From NCBI GenBank assembly GCA_963796275.1, contig CAWCKY010000006.1:672001-736000 (forward strand): a stretch of 64,000 nucleotides of DNA. The letters run 5' to 3'. Position numbers and translations under genes: made by a program. The stretch's first letter is position 1. The number at the start of each line of letters is the position of its first letter. The notes below the pieces were generated by a model. The model did not search any database, was not told where the DNA came from, and saw only the letters and a program-made list of their open reading frames with translations. Below, piece by piece: positions 48,636 through 57,979 of the stretch. Source of the DNA: an uncultured Acidobacteriota bacterium (GTDB lineage: Bacteria; Acidobacteriota; Blastocatellia; RBC074).

Positions 48636-51600
48636 GTGTTTCAAACTAACTCTCATTTCCTCTCCCCCCGTTTTCTCCGTAGTTTGTCTTCTCTGATCGC
48701 GTATCTGCTCATCTTTGTGGCAACCGGCACTCTGGCGACAGTTCGGATGCGGGCGCAGGAGCAGCAACCCGCCCGAGCCGTCGCCTCGCCGCAGCCGGTC
48801 CCCGCTGTGAAGCCGCGATTCTCTCTCTGACCAACCGCACCTATTCATCTGATGAGAAGGCGCATCTTTACGTATCTTATCAGGGAATAAATTCTCTGGA
48901 TTTCCGCCTCTACCAGGTCAACGACCCGTTCAAGTTTTTCAGACAGCTCAATAATCCACATCAGATGGGCGAACAGGACCGGGAAGGCGTTGCCGCGATC
49001 GCGGCGGCGATAGATCGCGAACCATCGATGCTGGAGCGGGTGCGCTGGTTCAAGCGATCGGTTCACTCCACGGTCAAGAACTATTTCCGCAGCCAGCTCC
49101 GCACCGAAGCCCGGGTGGCCTTCAACGGCCGCTTCCGCTCCGGCGATTCGTTGCCGCTCGATTATGCCGAGTACGCCAGCTTGCCGTTTCTCAATCAGGA
49201 TCAACTTAGAGCGCGCTGGCGCCAGACGCTGCCCGATCTCGCGAATGAATACGACACCCGGGTAATAACGCTCGATCAACGCGAGCCGGGCGTTTATCTG
49301 GTCGAAGCGGTGAACGGCAATCTGCGGGCGTATACCCTTGCGGTCGTAACCGATCTGACGATGATCACCAAGACCTCCAAAGACGGCGAATTGATCGTTT
49401 TTGCGGTCGACCGCGAATCGGGAGTCCCGCGGAGAGGCGTCAAGGTGCAGGTCGTCAGAAATGCGAGGGTGCTCGCGCAAGGGTCGACCGATCGAGCCGG
49501 GCTTCTTCGCACTAGCATTCCCAAAGACTCGAAGCAATCGACTCCAGGGGTCCGGAATGATGACCGGAGAGGCACCGCCGGAACGGAAGATAATCTCATC
49601 ATGGCACGGGGCGAAGGCGGGTTCGCAATCTCCGACATCAGTCAATACTACTTCGGATGGAATGAAGATTACGAAGAGAGGTATTCACAGAATTCAGCAT
49701 ATTACATTTATACGGAGCGACCGATCTATCGCCCCGCGCAGAAAGTCTATTTCAAGGGCATAGTTCGGCGCATGGGAGAGGACGGTTATAAAAAATTCGA
49801 TGCGAGCGCCGTCGATGTCTCTATCACCGATCCGGAGGGAAATAAAATATTCGATGGAGAAATGCCGCTCACTCAGCGCGGCACTTTCAACGGCTCGATC
49901 GACATCGCCGCCGGGGCTCCCCTCGGAAGTTACGACATCGTTGTCAAAATCAATGCCGTAACGGTTGCGACCGGGAACTTCGCGGTAGCTGAATATAAAA
50001 AGCCGGAGTACAAGGTCAAAGTCTCGACACCTAAGCCCTATGTTCCGGTAGGGGAGAAGACCAAATTTACCATCGAGGCGAAGTACTTTTTCGGTGAACC
50101 GGTCAAGAATGCCGATGTGACTTACTACATCTATCGCTCACGTTATTACAACCGGTGGTGGAGCGACGGCGAAGATGACGGCATCGGCGCAAGCAACGAG
50201 ATGGATGAAGGGGACGGTGGAGATTACGGGTACGGCAACGATCTGGTGAATCAAGGGGAGGGCAGACTCGGAGCCGACGGCCGGATGGAGATCGAGTTCA
50301 AGGTACCACAATCGGATCCCGAATCCCGATGGGACTACGCCTATCGGCTGGAAGCTCAGGTGACCGATTCGGCGCGAAGAACGATCGATGGCAAAGCAAG
50401 TTTCGTTGGGACGCGCGGCAACATCGTCGCCAATGCCACCCTGGAAAAATATGTCTACAACCAGAACGACAACGCGCGGATCAAAATCAAGACGGCAGAT
50501 TATGAAGGTCGCCCCGTCAGGGCGAAAGTCACGCTCAAATTCGAATCGGTGAAGTACGAACAAAGGAATAAAGAAGCAAATAACTACGACTACGTACAGA
50601 TCAAAACGGCTCTATCTTCGGCAGACGTCACGACCAATACGGAGGGCGAAGCCGCTTACGACTACAAAGTGCCCGTCGTCGGTTCAATCTACATCAGCAC
50701 CATCGTCGATGAGGGTGGAAAGAAAATCTTTTCGAATAGCGATTTCATTTATGTCACCGACAGCAACAACGGGTGGGCGGATACGGCAGCGGTTAATTAC
50801 AACTCGGTCAAAATAATCACGGACAAGAAGAGCTACAGGATCGGCGAAAAGGCGCGCATGCTGGTGATGCTCCCGACAGACAAGGCTCACCTGCTCGTCA
50901 CCGCCGAGCTCGCGAAAGTGATGGAGGCCAGGCATATTTTTGCTGAAGGGCGTGCAGTCAGCTTCGATCTGGAGATCAAAGAGAGCTATTCGCCCAATTT
51001 TTACCTGAATATCGCCTACGTTAAGGACGGTGAGTTGCACGACCACAGTAAAAGCATCGTGGTCCCGGCGCGCGACAAGTTCTTGCAGATCGAGGTCCTG
51101 CCCGATAAGAAACAATATAAGCCGCGCGATCCGGCATCCTACACGATCATTGCCCGCAAAGCAGATGGGTCGCCCGCCCCGGGGGTAGAAGTGAGCCTGG
51201 GTGTCGTCGACGAGGCGATTTACAGCATACGCCAGGATACTTCGGGCGACATCCGCCGGGCATTTTACGGTACGCGCTATAACAACGTCTTGACGGGTTA
51301 CTCCAGCCAGTACAATTTCACCGGTTATTCTGGCAATAAGGCAATGGAACTTGCACAGAAAAAGCGGTCGTATCAGCTCGCCGATTTCAAGGATGATAGT
51401 CAGTATGCCGAACCGACAATCCGCAAGGATTTTAGGGACACGGCGTTCTGGCAGCCCGGGGCGGTGACCGGGGATGACGGGAAAGCCACGGTGAAGTTCA
51501 ACCTCCCGGATAATCTGACGACCTGGCGCGCGACCGCACGGGCCGTCAGCGCGGATTTGAAGGTGGGGTCGAAAGTAGACCTGGTGCTCTCGCGCAAAGA

Positions 51601-53533
51601 TTTAATCCTTCGCCTGGAGACTCCGCGCTTTATGACCGAAGGCGATGTCGTCACGATCTCCGGAATCGTACACAACTATCTCGATGCTGATAAATCCACG
51701 CAGATCGAATTGAATGTCACCGGCGCCAATCTGCTCGACCCCGCTCAACAGACGGTGACTATAACGAGACAGGGAGAGCACCGTATCGACTGGCGCGTCT
51801 CGGCTACCCAGGCCGGCGAAGTGAAATTGCTGGCGAAGGCGAAAACCAGCACCGAATCCGACGGCATCGAACTGCCGCTGGCGGTTGTACCCTCCGGATT
51901 GAAGCGGACTCTGGGGAGCGCGGCGGCGATTTCTAAGGAGGACGACGAACAGACTTTCTCGCTCGATCTCCCGGCCGATTCAAATACACAGGCGCGGACG
52001 CTGCGTATCGAGGCCGCGCCATCGATCGCCGGGTCGCTCTTCGGCGCACTCGATTACCTGACAGGATATCCTTACGGATGCACGGAGCAGACTATGTCGA
52101 GTTTCTTGCCGAACGTCATCGTCGCGCAGACATTGAAAGACGTGAAGTCGGCTTCGATCCGCGCGACCAACGATCTGCCGAAGAAAGTCCAACGAGGTCT
52201 CGAGCGGCTCTACGACTATCAGCATTCCGACGGAGGCTGGGGCTGGTGGAAGGATGACAAGACCGATCCGTTCATGACCGCATATGTTGTCGACGGACTG
52301 ATCATGGCTCGCCGGGCAGGTTTCCAGATCGAGGACTATCGCTTAAAAAACGCCCGCGAGAAGCTCAAACAAATGCTCGATGCGGGAAAATTGGAGGACG
52401 GTAAAGCGATCGATCCAGAATCGCGCGCTTATCTCGTCTACGCGTACGGCCTCAGCGGGGACGCGGATGCGCGCTATGTCAACCAACTGTTTGAGAAGCG
52501 CGGCGAGCTGCAGCCGTATGGCAGAGCGCTCCTTGCACTGTCGCTCAAGCTGCGAGGGGATCAAACCAGGGCGATGAAAGTCGTCGGCGAACTCGAGCGT
52601 TCCGCCAGTGCCACAATATTCGATGCGCACTGGGAATCGAAGAGGCGCCCGATGCTCGATTTCATGGAGGAGGCCGACGTCGAGGCGACGGCCCTTGCCA
52701 TCAAGGCCCTCGCAACGATCAATCCGGACAGCGATCTGCTGCCGAAGGCGGCGCGCTGGATGGTCGCCAATCGACGCAACGGTTATTACTGGGATTCGAC
52801 CAAGCACACGGCCTTTGCGATTTACGGTCTGACCGATTACGTCAAGGTGAGCAAGGAGCTGGCGGCGGACTACACGGTCGAGGTTTATCTCAACGACGAA
52901 CAGGTCCTCGCCAAACGGGTCACCGCTGCGGAAGCGGCGGGCGGGCAGACGTTCGTTTATGAGCGAAACGGCGCGGCATTGGGAGGTACGAACAGGCTTA
53001 AAGTCGTGAAGCGCGGGAAGGGCGTACTCTATGCCTCGTCGACGCTCGAGTACTACACCAGCGGCGACAACATCGCGGCGCAGTCAACGCCGAGCCTGAG
53101 CATGACGCGCGAGTATCTACGATTGGCGGTTGACGATGAAGCGGGAAAGTGGTCGATCGGGCCGCTCGAGGGACCATTGCGGTCGGGAGATTTGATCGTC
53201 GCGCGCTTGAAGATCAAGGGCGCGCGCGGTCAATACATTATGATCGAAGATCCGATTCCCGCCGGATGCGAGCAGGTCGAGCGGGTCAGCGGGATCGATC
53301 TCAACAATACCGACGACCGATGGTCTGACTGGTATAGCAGGCGCGAATTCCGCGATCAGCGGACGGTATTCTTCCTCGATTATTTCGACGGCGATACGAC
53401 TTTCCAGTATGCGATGCGCGTTCAGGTGCCGGGCGAATTCAAGGTGGCTCCGGCCCGCGCCGAGTTGATGTATCAGCCGGCGGTCCAGGCCAATACGGCT
53501 AATATGAAAATGAACATCTTGGATAAAAGATGA
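48636..53533 (+). CDS. Bacterial alpha-2-macroglobulin; signal-peptide segment separated by a frameshift at 48820-48828
   Basis: YTERPIYRP, EYKKPEY, VDEAIY, LPDNLTTW, thioester YPYGCTEQ, DGGWGWW, EDPIPAG; ORF 48636-48830 supplies the signal peptide. Confidence 0.9.
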
Positions 53534-53561
53534 ACTCCGGGAGGGGCCCACAGGTATACCT

Positions 53562-54380
53562 ATGATAAAAGATGTCTTTGCATCGATCTGGGCGGCGGCG
53601 CGCAAGATAATTACCAACTGGGGCGCATTATTAATTTCGTTTCTCCTCTATGCGGCCTTGCAAAGCGTGCTTTATCTGCTCATCACGACGCGCGAAGCGA
53701 CGCTGCTCCAAATATTATTGACTTTCGCTCTGCCGCTGGTCGCGCTCATCCTATTTTTCACACTTCAGGCGTTGGGGCTGAGTTATATACGAATCGGAGT
53801 CGGACCCGGGTACCTGCTGAAGCGCGCATTGAAGGACTGCTGGAAGCTGTTGTTAATGAGCGTTCCCCTGATATTGCTAGCTTGGCTGATCATTTACTCA
53901 ATCGGTACAACCGAAAACCGTCTATTGAATCAGATCTCCGACGCCGCCCAGGCATCGGGGAGGTGGAAGTTGACGGCACTCAACTGGGCTCGCATGTTCC
54001 TGCTCTATTTCGCGCTACCCCTGATCGCGATTCATCTATGGATATCGACACTGCACGAAGGTGTCGGCGCCGCCATCAAAAGCATCGGGCGCAGCGTCGC
54101 TCGCGCATTCTCGCCGCGATCAATGTTAATTTACCTGCTGGTCGTCGCAGTATTCGGTGCCATATCATATTTCCTGTTCTTCACCAAAACGCCGGTTGCC
54201 AATCAATGGGCGGAGTTGTGGTTGTTCGGCACGCGATTGGCCATGGCATTGGTATCCGTATTTCTGGGATGGCTGCTCACTCTGGGATCGCTGGCGGAGT
54301 TGACGGCCCATTGGGCAATGAGCGAATTGGAATCCGTGCCGCGAGCAGTAACCGGCGAGTCTTCAGCGTCGACCGAATAA
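53562..54380 (+). CDS. Multi-pass membrane protein of unknown function
   Basis: About six hydrophobic helices; operon position; stop overlaps the next ATG. Confidence 0.7.
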   Translation: MIKDVFASIWAAARKIITNWGALLISFLLYAALQSVLYLLITTREATLLQILLTFALPLVALILFFTLQALGLSYIRIGVGPGYLLKRALKDCWKLLLMSVPLILLAWLIIYSIGTTENRLLNQISDAAQASGRWKLTALNWARMFLLYFALPLIAIHLWISTLHEGVGAAIKSIGRSVARAFSPRSMLIYLLVVAVFGAISYFLFFTKTPVANQWAELWLFGTRLAMALVSVFLGWLLTLGSLAELTAHWAMSELESVPRAVTGESSASTE

Positions 54381-57121
54381 TGAAACGCGCGATAGGCATC
54401 AAGAAAATAAGTAATGAGCTCAAGGCGCCGGAGGCGCATCCCGCCAGGGGTATCTGCTGGGTTTATATCACAGGATATATCCTGGGCATTTTTCTTCTGT
54501 CATCGTGTGCGAAGCATGAACCTTCACCACCCACATTTTCACGCGATTCCGCGGGTGATAACGATGATTCGCTGCAAAAAGCCGCAACCGACGCACTCGG
54601 TGATCGGGAAGGCGCGGTAATCGTTATCGACCCGAACACCGGTCGATTGCATGCAGTCGTCAACCCACGCCTGGCTTTCGAACAAGCCTTTCCTCCCGGT
54701 TCGGCTATTAAGCCTTTTACGGCGCTCTCCGCCATGCGTGCCGGGTTAGTTGACCGCGGAACTGCCCACTTGTGCCGGACGCGCTATGAACGTGGAGGAT
54801 TTACGATCGTCTGCGCTCACCGGCGAAGCGCCTCGCCATTCGATCTGCCGCATGCCCTGGCATACTCCTGCAACGATTATTTCGCGCAGGTCGGCGAGCG
54901 CCTGAGCCAGGGCACGTTCAATGCGACGCTCAACCGTTTCGGCTTCGGCGCGCGCACCGGCGTGAGCGCCAACGAGGCGGCAGGCGTCCTGCCGCGCGGC
55001 GAATGGCATGTCGCCTCGGCGCTCGGCGAAAGCGAGAGCCTGTTAGTTACGCCGATCCAGTTGATGGCTGCTTACACCGCGCTCGTCAACGGCGGCCGCC
55101 TCTACCGCCCGCAGGTCAGAAACAGGCGGGATGTACTTCCATCGGCTCATCTGAACATCGTCCCGATACACCGCGCCGCACTGATCGAGGGAATGCGCGG
55201 CGCGGTGAAATACGGGACAGCTGGGACAGCCGGGCTCGGGAGATTGCCGTCATATGTTTTCGGCAAGACCGGGACCTCGACATCGAGCAACGGTTTCCGG
55301 ACACAGGGCTGGTTTGTCGGTTTTTTAGCTGATGGTGATTCAGCCGAAGCTCCGCGCGAAGATCAAATCAGGCTCGGCGTACTGGTTTTTCTCAAACGGG
55401 CGCACGGATCACAATGCGCAGAAGTGGCGGGAAAGATTTTCGATTACGGATTGCGGATTGACGGCTTGGGAGAAAAAGATGCGGGAAAGGGGAGTCGGGG
55501 CGATGAAATAAATTCGCCCAGTCGTGCGGTCGCTTCCAGTCCGCCATTCGCTATCCACCATCCTCAAACAGTAAGTGTTCGTTCGATCAGCGAGAAGCTC
55601 ACGCGCGAGCTGCCATTGGAGGAGTACCTCATTGGAGTGCTCGAAGCCGAATCCGGCGTGGAAGTCGAGCCCGAGGCTTTGAAAGCGCAGGCCGTCATCA
55701 GCCGGACTTTCGCGCTGAGGAATACCGGGCGACACGAGCGCGAAGGATACGATTTTTGCAGCACGACGCATTGTCAGCGCTTCGTCTACTCAAAAAAACA
55801 ATCGAACTCAGCGCGCCGTCGCGCCGTCGAAGAGACTATGGGTGAAGTCCTGCAGGATGGGATGGGCCAACTCGTCGACGCATACTTTCATGCTGCCTGC
55901 GGAGGTGTGACGGCGAATATCCGGGCATTGTGGGGCAGTCCCTCGCCTTCTTACCTGCGCGGCGTGCGCGATGATTTCTGCGCGACGATGCCGCATTATC
56001 GCTGGACACAGACTATTCCGGCCGCGCAGTTGGTTAAAGCGTTGAAGAGCGATGCGCGCACGGACATCGGACCGGAGATCAATGCGATTCTCGTCAGGAA
56101 ACGCGACGCGACGGGAAGGGCCGAGTTGCTCGCACTCGAGGGGGTGCGCCGCCGTCTTGTCAGTGGATGGGATTTCAAGATTATCGTCGGTCGCAGCCTG
56201 GGGTGGCAGATGATCAAGAGCTCTCGTTTTGATGTCTCGCGTTCAGGCGGAGACTTCGTCTTCCGCGGCAGCGGCTTCGGTCACGGTTTGGGTTTGTGCC
56301 AGGAAGGCGCCCACGCCATGGCGAGCCGCGGGATGAATTATCGGCAGATCCTCAAGCATTATTTTCCCGGCACACGGGGAATGCGCGACATGCGGAGCAG
56401 ACGAAGCATGCTGGACGGCAAAGACATGCGGGACACGATGAAATTGTTGGTGAGTTTCCCGGGTGGTCCCGTATCCGGGGATGCTGGAATAATCGACCGG
56501 AAATCGCAAAGGGGAAGTTGGAAACTGATAGCGAGCGAGAACTTTCGTGCGAGTTTCTCCCGTGAGGCAGATAGGCGATCGGTTGAAAATGTATTACGGC
56601 TGCTTGAAGCCGCGCGCACAGACCTGTTAAATCGGCTGCAAATGGCGTCGGTCCAATTGCAGGAATCGAAACCATTCGAGGTTGTGATTCACGAAACCAC
56701 GGCAGATTTCATCACCGCTACCGGTCAATCGGGACTGGCCGCCGGAGCGACGCGTGAAAGGCGAATCGAGTTGCAGCCCTTGACCATCCTAAGGAGGCGC
56801 GGCATTCTCGATTCGACCCTGCGTCATGAATTGGCGCACGCTGTCATTGAAGTATTGAGCGATGGCCGCGCGCCCCGCTGGTTGTCGGAAGGTTTGGCGA
56901 TCTACGTCGCGGGTGAAGGCGCAGCGATGTCGCGCATCGCCGAAAAACAGCGGCTAACGCGCGAGGAATTGGAACGGAAGCTATCGCGGCCCGCTCCGGC
57001 AAAGGTCATGCGCGAATTGTACGCGGCGGCATATCGCCAGGTCATAGCTATGATTCGGTCGGAGGGTGAAGATATCGTCTGGCGGCTCGTAGCTGAAGCG
57101 CGTAATTCGTCCCTGGTTTAA
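54380..57121 (+). CDS. Fusion lipoprotein: PBP transpeptidase + SpoIID/LytB + HExxH metallopeptidase-like domain
   Basis: SAIK, SCN and KTG motifs; EEYLIGVLEAE, EALKAQAV, CSTTHCQ, GFGHGLGLCQ, ILKHYFPG; RHELAH..WLSEG; TAATG coupling at 54378-54382. Confidence 0.85.
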   Translation: MKRAIGIKKISNELKAPEAHPARGICWVYITGYILGIFLLSSCAKHEPSPPTFSRDSAGDNDDSLQKAATDALGDREGAVIVIDPNTGRLHAVVNPRLAFEQAFPPGSAIKPFTALSAMRAGLVDRGTAHLCRTRYERGGFTIVCAHRRSASPFDLPHALAYSCNDYFAQVGERLSQGTFNATLNRFGFGARTGVSANEAAGVLPRGEWHVASALGESESLLVTPIQLMAAYTALVNGGRLYRPQVRNRRDVLPSAHLNIVPIHRAALIEGMRGAVKYGTAGTAGLGRLPSYVFGKTGTSTSSNGFRTQGWFVGFLADGDSAEAPREDQIRLGVLVFLKRAHGSQCAEVAGKIFDYGLRIDGLGEKDAGKGSRGDEINSPSRAVASSPPFAIHHPQTVSVRSISEKLTRELPLEEYLIGVLEAESGVEVEPEALKAQAVISRTFALRNTGRHEREGYDFCSTTHCQRFVYSKKQSNSARRRAVEETMGEVLQDGMGQLVDAYFHAACGGVTANIRALWGSPSPSYLRGVRDDFCATMPHYRWTQTIPAAQLVKALKSDARTDIGPEINAILVRKRDATGRAELLALEGVRRRLVSGWDFKIIVGRSLGWQMIKSSRFDVSRSGGDFVFRGSGFGHGLGLCQEGAHAMASRGMNYRQILKHYFPGTRGMRDMRSRRSMLDGKDMRDTMKLLVSFPGGPVSGDAGIIDRKSQRGSWKLIASENFRASFSREADRRSVENVLRLLEAARTDLLNRLQMASVQLQESKPFEVVIHETTADFITATGQSGLAAGATRERRIELQPLTILRRRGILDSTLRHELAHAVIEVLSDGRAPRWLSEGLAIYVAGEGAAMSRIAEKQRLTREELERKLSRPAPAKVMRELYAAAYRQVIAMIRSEGEDIVWRLVAEARNSSLV

Positions 57122-57123
57122 GC

Positions 57124-57333
57124 ATGAATAATACGGATGACGAAGATGAGAATACGCAGACTACCATTAACACGACTGCATACCGCCCGCCCGAGGAGAT
57201 CGCCGCTGACGAGTTGCGCTGCGTGCAGTGCGGTGCTCCCGTGCCGAATATAGCGTGCGGACGGATCATGCCATGTCGATCGTGCGGGTTTCCCTATCCT
57301 TTGGGCGATTGCTCGGATTATGCGGAAAATTGA
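57124..57333 (+). CDS. Small Cys-rich zinc-ribbon-like protein
   Basis: CVQCG...CGRIMPCRSCG...C; starts 2 nt after the preceding stop. Confidence 0.6.
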   Translation: MNNTDDEDENTQTTINTTAYRPPEEIAADELRCVQCGAPVPNIACGRIMPCRSCGFPYPLGDCSDYAEN

Positions 57334-57443
57334 TCCTGCCTGAATTTGTTCTGAGAGATCAGCCAGCAGCGTTCAACAGCCATCAAAAAGCGACCTGATG
57401 CCTCCCGATAAGCTTGACTGAACAATCCTAGCTTTGAAATACA

Positions 57444-57473
57444 TTGACAATCCCACAGCAAGCCGTGTATAAA
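57444..57473 (+). promoter_or_regulatory. Candidate sigma-70 promoter for the cys leader and operon
   Basis: Perfect TTGACA, 18-bp spacer, TATAAA. Confidence 0.5.
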
Positions 57474-57674
57474 GACCCTCTTGTGTAGAAATGAGACGAT
57501 ACTTTCTTGAAAAGTACCGAACAAACATAAAAGAACAGATACTGAAGAACAGATACTGAAGACACGAACACATAATGACAAACTACACAAGATACGAATA
57601 CACGAGTAACGAATATAAGAATATAAGAAGTTACGAAAACAGAAGTAACGAATACAGAAGAAAGCAGGTATAAA

Positions 57675-57821
57675 ATGTCACGATCAACGCGATCAGAAAG
57701 ACTAATGCTCTTACCTGATACAGGGCTTAGTAGACGGCCCGCAGAATTCTCTTTTAGTCTCACCTCGATTCTTTCCTGCCAAATCGCCTGCTCCTGTTGT
57801 TGCTGCTGTTGTTGTCGCTAG
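57675..57821 (+). CDS. Poly-cysteine leader peptide (48 aa), candidate attenuator of the cys operon
   Basis: MSRSTRSERLMLLPDTGLSRRPAEFSFSLTSILSCQIACSCCCCCCCR*, translated by hand; seven consecutive TGT/TGC codons; AGGT before the ATG; 158 nt upstream of sir. Confidence 0.8.
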   Translation: MSRSTRSERLMLLPDTGLSRRPAEFSFSLTSILSCQIACSCCCCCCCR

Positions 57822-57825
57822 CCTC

Positions 57826-57854
57826 TCGATTGCAGTTCATATTTCTGCAATCGA
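57826..57854 (+). promoter_or_regulatory. Hairpin immediately after the leader stop codon
   Basis: Perfect 10-bp stem TCGATTGCAG/CTGCAATCGA, 9-nt loop, no U-tract. Confidence 0.55.
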
Positions 57855-57979
57855 TCTCAATCCCAAAAAATTAACTAACTTAAGTTTGCCGGTTGAATTG
57901 TATTCGATCAGGTGAGCAGGTTCAGAATGCAGCCTTTAATTGGTTGCCGAATCGCGTATTCGCGTTTGCGGAGACGACT

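Noticed and set aside
53882-54379. N-terminal extension of the 1079-aa track ORF
   Set aside because: Overlaps the membrane-protein gene; the coupled ATG at 54380 followed by a lipobox is the better start
57428-57763. Minus-strand hydrophobic ORFs in the cys leader region
   Set aside because: Products of the T-rich complement of the A-rich periodic tract; no supporting signals
57826-57870. Classical intrinsic terminator after the poly-Cys leader
   Set aside because: The stem is present but followed by TCTCAATCCCAAAAAA, not a U-tract; kept only as a regulatory hairpin
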